From the NCBI RefSeq assembly GCF_006345805.1, contig NC_043011.1:2170001-2234000 (forward strand): 64,000 bases of DNA, in the 5' to 3' direction. Source of the stretch: Octopus sinensis. Lineage: Eukaryota. Shown here piece by piece: positions 24,270 through 36,235 of the stretch. The translations under genes and the position numbers were made by a program. The notes beneath the pieces were generated by a model, which saw only the letters and a list, made by a program, of their open reading frames with translations, ran no database searches and had not been told where the DNA came from. Position 1 is the first letter of the stretch. Each line of letters begins with the position of its first letter.

Positions 24270-24929
24270 TAAATGTTTTCTGTCATTATAGACAGAAGTA
24301 CAGACGATTCAGTTACTCAGATTTGGACTGTAGTTGTGAGATACATTGATTTGAAAAGATTGTTAATGCATTGTTAGATACTTTAGACATTGAAAATGAA
24401 ATTGCTTTAGGGCTTCACAATTCTGTCAATTCTACCTTGCAGGAAAGATGTATTCCTCTAAAAAAAAATATTAATAGTCTTTCAATCTATAATTTTTCTG
24501 CCATGATGGCCACCAAAGACGTATTGAAGAAAATGTCGAATGTTGCTATACCTTTTGTTTTTATTATGGGATGTGTTTGACATATTTTCGATCGTTTTAC
24601 TAATCATACTGTTAGCATATTAACTTTCTATTAGGGATTCTCGTTAAAGACTTAACATATCACTTTTCTAGCAGCAACAGGGGACTACAGAGTTTCATAT
24701 TTATTACTCTCTCTCTCTTTTACTCTTTTACTTGTTTCAGTCATTTGACTGCGGCCATGCTGGAGCACCGCCTTTAGTCGAGCAAATCGACCCTGGGACT
24801 TATTCTTTGTAAGCCCAGTACTTATTCTATCGGTCTCTTTTGCCGAACCGCTAAGTGACGGGGACATAAACACACCAGCATCGGTTGTCAAGCAATGCTA
24901 GGGGGATAAACACAGACACACAAACACAT

Positions 24930-24976
<47 letters not shown>

Positions 24977-25950
24977 TACGACAGGCTTCTTTCAGTTTCC
25001 GTCTACCAAATCCACTCACAAGGCATTGGTCGGCCCGGGGCTATAGCAGAAGACACTTGCCCAAGATGCCATGCAGTGGGACTGAACCCGGAACCATGTG
25101 GTTGGTTAGCAAGCTACTTACCACACAGCCACTCCTGCGCCTATTGTAAAGTTTTTTGCAACAACTGGTCCCCAAATACCTAAACTTGAACAAACAAGAT
25201 TGTTTCATTGTTATTACTGTGATATTAAATCAATTTGATACTTTAACTTTTAGTTTCTGATCAAAATTTGACAAAGCTGATGGTACAAAGGGAATTTATA
25301 AGCAAGCACAAAATTAATCAAGTGCATACTACTTTTACTTTATCATGTAATACCAAAAGAAGAATTCACTAAATGTTGAATTCCAGTCTGAGAATTTCAG
25401 GGTACATTGTCAGTTTTAATGATATTACTTGAACAAAAAAAATACGTTGTGTTTCTTTATTAAAGATGAATTACTGAAACACATTCAATTATCAGAAATT
25501 GATCCAAGCAATGAAAGTAATTACAAAAAAATAATATTTACCTTGGAGAAATGGCACCAGAACATTTAATTTGTGAATCTTTTGATGAAGAAATCAGTGT
25601 TACATGGTTTAAAACCGATTGAATAAAATTCCTTGTGGAATTTTGTATTCAAATAGAAAAAGAAGATACAAAAAGAATCGTCACAAAATTTAAAATATTT
25701 GATGAAAAGGTAGCTTAAATTCCTAGCATGTCTATCATTCAATTAGCAGTTCGTTTCCCAATCATTGTATCAGAAACTAGTCTAAATATACTCGTTGATC
25801 AATTGGCAAATTATTGTTTAACAGCAAACAACTTACCTATCTCTAGAGAAAAAGATTCCTGAACAGTTTTGTTATCCAATTCCATAACTAATGTAACTCT
25901 TTTGCCACAGATGTCTGCATGTATTGAAAGAATATTCTCTTGAAATAATT
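24270..25950 (+). mobile_element. Highly decayed hAT-like transposase remnant, interrupted by a SINE
   Basis: FSVIIDRSTDDSVTQIWTVVVRYID and LQERCIPLKKNINSLSIYNFSAMM…FIMGCV resemble the hAT DE(S/T)TD…VRY and N..M.G…C motifs. Downstream boundary uncertain. Confidence 0.6.
24712..25143 (-). mobile_element. SINE family A, complete
   Basis: Reverse complement of the family A consensus. Confidence 0.9.
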
Positions 25951-26187
25951 GTGTCAAAACAAGGAATGCTAGAGACTATGTATGATAGATAACTTGTAAA
26001 GCAATCTTTCACTAGAAATGCTATGGAATACACTATGTGGTAGAAGGTGTTGGAAGCAAAAGATATTTAGTAAGAATGAAAAAAGATGTAATTGCTTACT
26101 CTTACAATAGGATTTAGGGAAGACGAGAAGTAATCATTATGTTTTACATATGAAAGTAAGTAAAATACCATTAATTTTGATTTAAAA

Positions 26188-26739
26188 TTGATATTTTTAT
26201 CATCTGATTTGCTTTTTACTATTTGAGTGTGGGTTTGTTGCTGTGTCTTAAGAATTCCTAAAATTCTCACAGACAGATCTTCCCTTATGTGCATCAAGAG
26301 AAATGTTAAGAAGTGGAGAGCAACTGTGGCAAACCCTTGTGGTATACTACAATGGATGTTTGGGAAAGGTGAAAATACTCTCAATGTGGAAGGAGTCAAA
26401 TACTACCTTACTTTATAAAAAGGCTGATAGGGAAGATCTGTCTGTGAGAATTTTAGGAATTCTTAAGACATGGCAACAAACCCACATTCAAATAGTAAAA
26501 AGCAAATCAGATGATAAAAATATCAAGAAAATATAAGAAGACTGATGTCTTCTTATAAAGAATTCCTAAAATTCTCACAGACAAATCTTTCCTATCAGTC
26601 TTCTTATAAAGTAAGGTAGTATTTGACTCCTTCCATATTGAGAGTATTTTCCCTTTTCCCAAACATCCATTGTAGTATAAGACAAGGGTTTTCCACAGTT
26701 GCTCTCAAATTCTTAACATTTCTCTTGATGCACATAAGG
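26188..26739. repeat. Nested inverted duplication built around an RTE-like RT fragment
   Basis: 26188-26285 and 26429-26526 are inverted copies (3 mismatches in 98 bp). 26558-26739 is an inverted copy of about 26283-26464. The core encodes GEQLWQTLVVYYNGCLGKVKILSMWKESNTTLLYKKADREDL. Confidence 0.9.
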
Positions 26740-26890
26740 TTTTATGTTTCTTGGTTACCTTGAAAGCATTTCTCTATTTCACTCACCAGAATGAGTAATA
26801 CTTCTTCTAACGCTTGTGACTGAAGGATTGAACGTCACTAATGATTTAAAAAGACCAGTGTAAAAGCTAACATCCCCTCATTGGCAAATA

Positions 26891-26921
<31 letters not shown>

Positions 26922-27389
26922 TTATATATTTATATATGTGTGTGTGTGTTTTATGTGTTAAGACATTTACCATTGGATTATTTTTGTTTCTTTTTTGAGT
27001 AATATTTGATATAATTAGGGGTAGTAAACTGCAGGATCAGTAGAGAATCTTGTAAAAATTCTGCATTATTCATAACATCTAAATACAACTTTATATGAAT
27101 TATACTAACCCTTATTAGGAGAAACACTTATTGAATGGTTGAATAATAAATTAATGACTTTAACAAAATAATTGTTTCATGTCTATGGTATAATTATATA
27201 GTAATTAACTTAATAGCCCTAATATACTTTATGAATTATTTCTAGCTGAAACTTTTCAGCATATAAAAGTATTTGTGTCCATAAATATGCAAACATATGC
27301 ATGCACACATGCACATGCATGCATGTACTGAGTGAGAGAGAGGCTGAGAGACATTGAAAGTTAAATAATGCTGTATTGATTATTATTAT

Positions 27390-28420
27390 CATTGCCTTTG
27401 CACAGCTTCTAATGCTGGAAATGTATTACAGTATCAGCTGTTCACTACCAGTGAACTATGGTAACACCTCTTATTTTTTGAGCACCTTCCAGCGTATTCG
27501 AGCGGTTCCAAGCAGTGCTGTTTTCTGCAAGTGCTCCACCCTTATTGCAGCCCCTATTTATTCCACGTACTTCTCGAGATTTTTGCTCACTGTTCCCAGG
27601 GCTCCGACAATTATTGGTACTACTGCTACCTTTTTCATCGACCATAACTGCTTAACTTCCCAAGCTAACCTGTCATATCTCTCAACTTTTCTTTCTTCCT
27701 TATCGCATACCTTGTTGTCAGCTGGGCATGCTATGTCTATGATCCAGCATAGTTTGTTTTCTTTCTCAATTAACACTATGGCTGGCTTCCTATTCTCTAT
27801 CTCATGGTCGCATTGAATCATATAATCCCATAGGATCTTTGCATTTCTATTTTTGACGATGCTTTCAGGTTTATAGTCATACCAAGATGTTGCTCTGTCA
27901 AGTTCATACTTGTTGCAAAGTGTCTAATGAACAAGCCTGGCTATATTGTCATGGTATCTCTTATATTCCTTCTGGGCTAGTGACGTACATTAGCTGGTGA
28001 TATACCATACGGTTTCACGGTTTTGCCCATAGATTCTGCACTTACTACTTTCTGATGTGTTGTCTATTCTGTATTTTATGTAGTTCATGTTTGCTCTTGG
28101 GCAGCACAGATTAGAGTCTCCATTTCCTGTTTTAAATCACTTTTAGTCTTCCACAACCATCTTATTTCTCTGTCTGTCTTATCTTCAACATTCCTATGAA
28201 ATTGACCATGCATTCTTTTCATTACCCACCTATTTTCAGTTTCATTCGTCTTCAATTTCTTGTATAGTGCTTTATCTTTGCTGTGTTCACATCCAATAAG
28301 TTCTCTTCCCCCTCTTTTTCTTGGTACATACAGTCTGTCTGTGCCACTTTTTGGGTAGAGTGACCCATATCTAGTTAGCAACTTCCTTGTCTTTCTGTCT
28401 AAGCTGTTTAGTTCGTCTAC
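27390..28420 (-). mobile_element. Decayed R4/Dong-like non-LTR element, 3' part with restriction-like endonuclease
   Basis: LICAAQEQ, then IQCDHEIENRKPAIVLIEKENKLCWIIDIACPADNKVCDKEERKVERYDRL…VVPIIVGALG (PD-(D/E)xK-type RLE). (TAA)n-like 3' end. Confidence 0.85.
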
Positions 28421-29759
28421 TACTACCACCACCACCACCACCACCACCACCACCACCACCACCACCACCACCATAAGATAGAATAAATGCCAGACTTAAA
28501 AATTAAACTCAGGAGTTGATCTGCTCAGCTAAAACTCCTTACGAGTTGCATAAGCATGGCTACAGGGCAATGACTGGACCAAGTAACAAAAAAATATAAG
28601 ATAGAAGATCCAGTAAATTTCTATAAGTGTAAGGTTTGTAATTTTGCATATTGATAGAAAATGCAATGGAAAAGGGTCAAGAAAAACTGCTAAGCTATTA
28701 GAGAAAAATGTCTTGCGACATTAATACATCTCTTTTTATACAGTGAGTTTAAATCCCAGAGATTGACAGAGAAAGCAATAATAAAACCTTCTCCTGTTCA
28801 GCTCTCTTGGGAGTCTCTTACCACTATTAATTTCTGTGATGAATATTGAAGATATACTGAATAACACATGCCATCAGAAAACTTCTTAACATCATTAGGA
28901 AATTAGTTAAATTCATTTGACATCACACATAATGACAAAGTCTTGAACACTTTGTGACAACTAAGAAATTGAAATGAAGAAGCTGAAGATGATACTCAAT
29001 GGTCTTACCAGCGAGCTACTGAAAGAGCAGCCCAGTAACTTGATACAATGTTTATGGGACAGGTGGAGTAAAGGTCTGTGATTGCTGATATCTAAAGTAT
29101 GGGACATAAAGGCACTGAAGAATACACCAAGATGTATTTAAAATCAGATTAAATTGCCTCTGCTATAGATTTCCAGCCTTGTGCTACAGTAAGGAAGTAT
29201 TATGATGAAATGATATTTTATGTAAAGAAATATATTTGTATTCAAAAAGAAATACACATAAAAATAGGTGTTGTTGTTGTTGTTGAAGTAAAACTTCAGT
29301 ATTTCAGTCATCACTAACTTATAAAAAGATTACCAAACTAGTTGGTAACTTTTCTGAGACAACTATAGTTATACTGTCCTTCTTCAGACTTCCCAATTAT
29401 TCATAGCTGTATTGTATAAAAGAAAGACAGAAAGAAAAATAAAGAAGATGCTCCACAATAACAACAAATTTATGGCAAGAACAGATTTACAAGGAAATGA
29501 TCGGAATATCAAATGAATTTCAAATACCACTTTAATATTCAACACCTTCTGTTTATACACAAACATACTCATACAAATATACACATTCATCATCAATCTA
29601 TCTGTCTGTGTGTATGTCTGTCTAGTTTTCTATCGATATATTTATCTGTTTATCTATCTGTCTGTCTGTCTCTCCCTCTCTGTTCATATAAAAAACATTG
29701 ATATGTATGTACACTATGTGTGTGTCTATGTAAAGTTTACTGATACAACAATAAAGCCT

Positions 29760-29985
29760 ATTTCTTTACTACCCACAAGGGGCTAAACACAGAGGAGACA
29801 AACAAGGACAGACAAACGGATTAAGTCGATTATATTGACCCCAGTGCGTAACTGGTACTTAATCTATCGACCCCGAAAGGATGAAAGGCAAAGTCGACCT
29901 CGGTGGAATTTTAACTCAGAACGTAATGACAGACAAAATACAACTACGCATTTCGCCCGGCGAGCTAACGTCTCTGCCAGCAGCC
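29760..29985 (-). mobile_element. SINE family B
   Basis: Reverse complement of family B. Confidence 0.88.
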
Positions 29986-30269
29986 TATCCCAACATCTCA
30001 CCAAAAGTCATCTCTCTTTCTTTCACCTCCTCTCTTTCAGTGGTGGAGGCTCTTTTGTTCTTTGAATTATATGATTTCCACTCAGTGGTTGGGTTGGCAA
30101 GTAAAACAAAAAAAAAAAAAAAAATTAAAAGAGTTTGAAAGGACACTTTAGACTTACTGAGAGCAAAACAAATGCAAGTGAAAAACGAGTTACTTATTGA
30201 ACAGTCGCCTGAGGAGATGCATCTGCTCCTACAATGCATGACAAGAAATAATTAGAAAGAAACTATGTA

Positions 30270-31070
30270 GCAAGTACGAACATACACCTAGAAATACAAT
30301 AACCAATATAAATGATAAGGGATTTGACATAGTCACTAGACTAGGAATAGGAGATAGAACAGAACCATATGCTCAAAGAAAACAGGATAAATTGAAAAGA
30401 TCATAAAAATAATCTTGATTGTGACCCCAAAGTTAGACTGACATGCTCCTCTAAATCGGATATAGATAGGATTAGCAAAAGTATAATCGATAGGGTAATA
30501 CCAATTCTTAAATCTTAATTTAGACTACCACTGTGGTCTGACACTCAGATGGGTGGTTTAAAGAGCGAGAGAAACTAGTAGTAAATTTATGCAACTAGAC
30601 ATAACTTGCTATTACTCCACAATTAATCCTATTCTTCTAAATAAGGCTTTCATTTTTGTTATACAGAATATGGATTTGTCTAGATCAGAAGTAGAAATGA
30701 TATTAACCATGCAAGGAACTATGATAGATTTTGATTGCAAACTTTGGATTAAATAGGATAGATTCTTTCGATATAGCAATGGGATATAGTGACTCAGCAC
30801 AAGTCATGTATTTAGTCGAAGAATATATCCTACCTCAAATCGAATCCTAGTTTCCTAAGATGGGGGATGATCGATATAGGGATGATGCTCACTTCATACT
30901 AGACTGATACAGTGAGGTAGAAATGGAGAGACATTGGAAACAACTTTTCAAATCCTTCAAATATTTTGGGTTATCTATTACTATTGAAAATAATTACCAT
31001 AAGGTACATATTGTAGATGCAACTCTCAGTTTGCATACAGCCATATTTGAGCCTTTCCACAAGCCAAAGG
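30270..31070 (+). mobile_element. Decayed Penelope-like reverse transcriptase fragment (second PLE lineage)
   Basis: Fragments read MQLDITCYYSTI, SFDIAMGYSDSAQVMYLVEEYIL, DRYRDDA (YRDD at 30875), FKYFGLSITIENN and EPFHKP, with stops and frameshifts. Confidence 0.8.
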
Positions 31071-31139
31071 TGTGTAGCATGTGATTGTTGCATTGACAAT
31101 GACCAAGTTGTTATGGCGACACCTGCTCAGAGGCCAGGG

Positions 31140-31340
31140 CCAAATTTACCAAATTTTCAGAAATTGTATGGAGAGGAGGGCAGGGCATGAGCACCACAAA
31201 AGTGCGCGAGTGGTTCAGACGTTCCCAGATAGCCAAAAAAATGTGGATATTGATGAACGTCCTGGGAGACCCAGAACCAATAGAACAGAGAAAAACATTG
31301 TAGATGTGGGTGCAGTTGTGGGGGTTTACCGTTGGTTAGG
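31140..31340 (+). mobile_element. Mariner-like transposase N-terminal (HTH) remnant
   Basis: FQKLYGEEG… and FPDSQKNVDIDERPGRPRTNRTEKNI resemble the mariner HTH region ending in RSGRP. Confidence 0.55.
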
Positions 31341-31344
31341 TATT

Positions 31345-31490
31345 TCTCCTGCAGTTGCCTTACCAGAAATATAGCCTCAGTGGTACTTCTCAATGGCACA
31401 AACCTAAGCTGCATCTCATCTAAACTAACTCTCTCCCTTTTTAGTTGGGCTATGACCCTCTCTGAGACTTTCATCACCTGATCCAGCAAT
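31345..31490 (-). mobile_element. RTE-clade RT fragment
   Basis: MKVSERVIAQLKRERVSLDEMQLRFVPLRSTTEAIFLVRQLQEKY. Confidence 0.75.
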
Positions 31491-31504
31491 TTGATATATA
31501 TATA

Positions 31505-31629
31505 TATAACTAAAAATAAGGGTGTCTGAGAGACACCACCATGAACATTTAAGGTGGTTTTTAGAGTCAGGGATTTGACTGCTATTTCGGCATGGTGGTG
31601 TCTCTCAGAAACCCTTATTTTTAGTTATA
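31505..31629. repeat. 39-bp inverted repeat (1 mismatch) with a 47-nt spacer, next to (TA)n
   Basis: Arms at 31505-31543 and 31591-31629. Confidence 0.95.
31571..31614 (-). ncRNA. Minimal type I hammerhead-like motif
   Basis: Minus strand GGGTTT-CTGA(-)GA-GAC-ACCACCAT-GCC-GAAA-T-AGCA-GTC-AAATCC: 6-bp stem I and a GTC triplet. N7 is missing and stem II has one mismatch. Confidence 0.55.
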
Positions 31630-31713
31630 AAAAATTATTACCTTTGTATGGTATTTATTCCCATGCTGGCCACTTGGTAATATCGGTATTTAAATATCGA
31701 TATTATCCTTATT

Positions 31714-31752
<39 letters not shown>

Positions 31753-33250
31753 CGAGCGTTCTTTCAGTTTCCGGCTACCAAATCCACTCACAAGGCTTTA
31801 GTTGGCACGAGGCTATAGTAGAAGACACTTGCTCAAGGTGCCACACAGTGGGACTGAAACTGGAACCATCTGATCCAATTCTGATAGAAGTAATTATTTT
31901 GCTGTCAATTCATTGGATTAATCTCAACAAAATACTACAAGTTTAGTCACTGGCTCAGCACCTATGTTGGTGTTCTTCACTCCAAAATAATAAAAATTTA
32001 ACATACTTCCAAAATGGGCCTTAATCCATATATATCCGCATGCGTATATGTACATGTGTTAGGGGTGTGGGTGAGGGGGGGAGGTGCAAGGAAAACATTT
32101 TCGGAAATGTACTCATAAAATTTCTATTAAAATAAGTTATCTTTATATGCCACGTTTGCAATTCTCCATATAAATGATAGCTAAGTATGTATCAAAGGAA
32201 ATTAAAATCCTGGTTCAATGACAGATCGATCAAGTTAGTAAAGTTTTAACGTTGTTGGTAACAACATATTCTCTCTTTTAATTGAACATTGAAAAAGAGA
32301 GAAAATGCAAGAGAAATTAATTTTGGCGGCAATGACTAAACCCCTTGATTTATTATCACAATTTTAAAAAATTCGGTGATGTAACATTGCGCTAGTTCAT
32401 TTCCGTAAATGTACTCACAACCACAAAAATTCTCTGGACTTTTAGCTGTTATTTTTAGCATATTGAGTTTCGTGGTGAGGGCTTCACATGCCGCGGTACT
32501 TTTGCTCTTTCACTATAAATCTACGCATGCGGAAATGGACAAATCATTTTCACTTTTAGACAGTAGGATGGTGTGTGGATCAAAAGTTAAAATTTGAAAA
32601 CGTGTTTTTTTTTTGCATATTCGGAATCTCCGTCATAAAAAGTATAGGATTCCGGTGAAAAAAAAAAAATCGGAAAGATCAGTTTGAGGAGTGGGGAGTA
32701 ATTGCCCTCCAGTTCCACCAAATGGGTTATTATGATTTTGCCGATTAAACTCCCAACCCAAGTGCTCCCGTCGCGACACTGATTCTGCAGAACTGGGTTG
32801 GGTGTGGAAACCATCTTTAAAGTACAAATATAGATGTTTTTGAATCAGCAATATTGTGTTCGGTTTAAGTCCTATTTGGGGTGAAAAATCGATAAACTGA
32901 TTCCTTATGGGGTTTTCCATTTAATCAGGATAAAAATGATCGATAGACCGATTCCTTATAGGATTTCTCAGTAAAATCGGTTACACCTCATTTTCAACCA
33001 TAACTTTTACCAATTTTGATGTATTTTGTTCAAACTTGATGCCAGCATTACTTAGGACTCATGGGATCTTTGAATGCTTTTAAGTTTTCCAAAAACGGGA
33101 AAAAAATCGATGAGTGGAAAAAATCGATAAACCAGTTCCTTATGGGATTACCCAATTAAGTTGTCTGTAACTCATTTTCAGCCAAATGTTTACCAATTTC
33201 GATGTTACTTAGTTTGGTTTGAAACAAAGAACTTTATTAGTTTAATAATA

Positions 33251-33650
33251 AAGGATGAAAGGCAAAGTCGACCTCGGCAGAATTTGAACTCCGAGGTCGA
33301 CTTTGCCTTTCATCCTTTCGGGGTCGATAAATTAAGTACCAGTTACGCACTGGGGTCGATGTAATCGACTTAATCCGTTTGTCTGTCCTTGTTTGTCCTC
33401 TTTGTGTTTAGCCCCTTGTGGATAGTAAAGAAATAGGTATTTCATCTGTTGCTACATTCCGCCGAGGTCGACTTTGCCTTCCATCCTTTCAGGGTTGCAT
33501 ACTGGGGTCGATCTAATCGACTGCCCACCCCTCCCCAAAAATTTCGGGCTTTGTGCCTAGAGTAGAAAAGAATATATACACATATCCAACAGATGAAATA
33601 CCGCTATGCATTTTGCCCGGTGTGCTAATGTTTCTGCCAGCTCGCCACCT
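33251..33650. mobile_element. Cluster of SINE family B pieces in both orientations
   Basis: Head-to-head junction with a perfect 27-bp inverted repeat, a partial tandem copy, and a minus-strand copy at about 33500-33650. Confidence 0.85.
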
Positions 33651-33970
33651 TATATGCACCTCTATATTACCTTTCATGTTGGTTTGGGTAAGTCTTGATG
33701 CATATTTGGACACATATGATTGACAAGTGTTTAGTGCTAGCTGTAAATTACGCACAGCTGAAAGTTTTCACATCCCATTCAACATAACCTACTGATACAG
33801 AACTCTCAAGAACAACTCAATCACAAACAAACTCATAAACCAGAAGGATAAAATAAACTTGTCTCAACTTGTCTCACTTGTACAAATAGCTTGCATACTC
33901 AATTTACCTCAAAAGCAACATGTGCATACACATGTACTGTATTTACATGCACAACAGCACAACTAAATGC

Positions 33971-34028
33971 AGACACACACACACAGGCACACACACACTC
34001 ACACACACACACACTCACACACACACAC

Positions 34029-34062
<34 letters not shown>

Positions 34063-34128
34063 ACACACACTCACACACACACACACACACACACACACGC
34101 TCGCGCGCACACACACACACACACACAC
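33971..34128. repeat. Compound (CA)n microsatellite
   Basis: Directly visible. Confidence 0.95.
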
Positions 34129-35544
34129 TATAGTGAGCGAGATGATTATGTTTTTAGGATATTGTTATAGCAGTATGTGTGGCTGTGTGAATTTTCATGT
34201 ACTGATGGGGCTCCAGACTAAATGGGTTAAACTATGCCCTAGTAACAGCCTGTCGTCCTTGCATGTCCAACTGATCTTTCCTTCTTAGTACTTTTTAGCA
34301 TTTTTGTTTTACTGCGTAGGTGATCTGCAGGTGTGGTGTATGTAAAAATCGTGAGAGTGAGTTGTGTGCTGCTTTGTTATTTATATAGTGTATTTTGTAA
34401 TTTGTTGCAGAGTGATCAGGAACACAAGTTATGTTGCTATCATCCATCTATGATAGCCATGATGTATTGTCTGTAGACTATGATTGTTGACTTCTTTTCA
34501 TGGCCAAATATGATACATGTGTGTTTGTGTGTTTGCTCAAAGTATGTTTTTGCTATTTTATATCCTTTTGTCACAAGTAACCACTGCATATCCATAGGTG
34601 GAAAAGGCAGTATGGAATGGTGCTTCAAATTAGGGAAGATAATTACTTATGCTTTTATTACTATTTTATTTAAACCTATTTTTCCAGAACATAAAGAATC
34701 ATAAAAAACAAAAATTACATTTTCTTCCTAATTTTGGAAGGTATGTATGTCAAGTTACATTTATTTCCTGGTGCTCTTCTTCTTATCCGAAGAAATGTCA
34801 AGAATATTGTGGTTTAGAGCTACAACTAGGGTTGAAATAATTTTTTTTCCCTTTTGACATTGTATTAGTTGGAATGAACTAAGTCAGGTATTTCTTGCTT
34901 TCCCATGAGTAACTACGAAATAAGCAATTATCTCGGGGAAATTTCAATGCTTGTTTCTCACATTATGTCCTGTATTTCAATATCACATTATTTAAATATT
35001 TGTTGTATTATTATTGTATAGACTGTTATAAAATGATTGAAGATTTTAGGCAAAGGAATTGGTATAGCCAAATGATATCTCTCACCTGTAATGGCTTTTT
35101 TAAGTGGAGAAGGTAAATGTGAATTTGATCTGTACCAGATAAAGCCTGACTGAATTTAAATTAAAAGAATATTTCCAACATTATTCACAAGCCAATTCAA
35201 TCACCCAATCTCAGATGAACTGACAATACACCTTAAAATAATTGACCACTCTCCCATACTGTGATACAAAAGTAATGATTAGCTATGAATCTGCTTCTTT
35301 TTCAATATCTCATATTTTCACTCTTGTGTTAATTTGACAAATGAATGAGAACACAAAAGTATAGTCAGAGGTATGTCTAACAATTTCAGCTTGTGTTTTG
35401 TTTGCATGACCAATATGTGAAAAACTGAACAGAATGAAAATAAGAAAACATATTTGCCTTAATACTATTTTATATTTTTAAGATTAAGAATTATGTGCAT
35501 TATTTACAATAGACAGATAGGTGGTTTCGCTTTACTTGTTGCTA

Positions 35545-35590
35545 CAACAACATTTCAGCTGATGTACTCTTCAGCCTTCATCAGGTTTCT
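35545..35590 (-). ncRNA. Hammerhead-like motif in the inverted PLE terminal repeat
   Basis: Minus strand AGAAAC-CTGATGA-A-GGCTG-AAGAGTACAT-CAGCT-GAAA-TGTT-GTTG. Confidence 0.65.
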
Positions 35591-35953
35591 GGTAGAAAAA
35601 AAAATTATAGACAGAGAACAGTACTGGAAATTACGAAAATTAATCGAGGCAACACATATACTAGGACACAATAACTTCCTAAGCAGACCTAGTGCAGATG
35701 TGAATGTAATATGGCAACTAATATTAAGAAAAGATAAAATATTAGATTTATGAGCCCCAAAATTCACTCTATGGGCATATAGCATAGTGGATAAGAGTGT
35801 GTGTTACTAACCCTCGGATTCCAAGTTCAGTCCCAGGCAGGGACATGGGAAATAATATCACCAAAAAATAACATCAGCAAAAAAAGAATACCTTAGAAAT
35901 GAGAACAGAGTACCCCATTAGTCAAATAAAGAGATGGGTTTGAAATTCCACCA

Positions 35954-36010
35954 GAACACCTGATGAAGGATGGGAAGTACATCAGTTGAAATGTTATGGT
36001 AGCAACAAAC
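35954..36010 (+). ncRNA. Hammerhead-like motif in the direct PLE terminal repeat (more decayed)
   Basis: GAACAC-CTGATGA-A-GGATG-GGAAGTACAT-CAGTT-GAAA-TGTT. Confidence 0.55.
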
Positions 36011-36235
36011 AAGGTGAGGGCACCTATCCATCTATTGTAAATAATGTATATTTGCATTACTAGTTGAGAAACACAGTCTAACATTAGGTAACACTATTTT
36101 GAGCTTAGTTTTTTACAACTGTACATACCTAAAACATGTAGATCTGCACTCTGTAATGCAGAAAATCATACAATAAAAATTGGATAACTGAATAATAATG
36201 ATGAATAATAACAATGATAATAATAATAATAATAA

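Larger units (their letters stand above)
35496..36048 (+). mobile_element. Short PLE insertion: inverted terminal repeat, GIY-YIG C-terminal remnant, tRNA-like head, terminal repeat
   Basis: 35496-35593 and 35950-36048 are inverted copies. 35596-35753 encodes IIDREQYWKLRKLIEATHI (PLE endonuclease C-terminus). Each repeat carries a hammerhead core. Confidence 0.8.

Noticed and set aside
34320-34356. Possible 37-nt exon VICRCGVCKNRE (CXC-like)
   Set aside because: Good splice signals but too short to tell from chance or a decayed transposase C-terminus.
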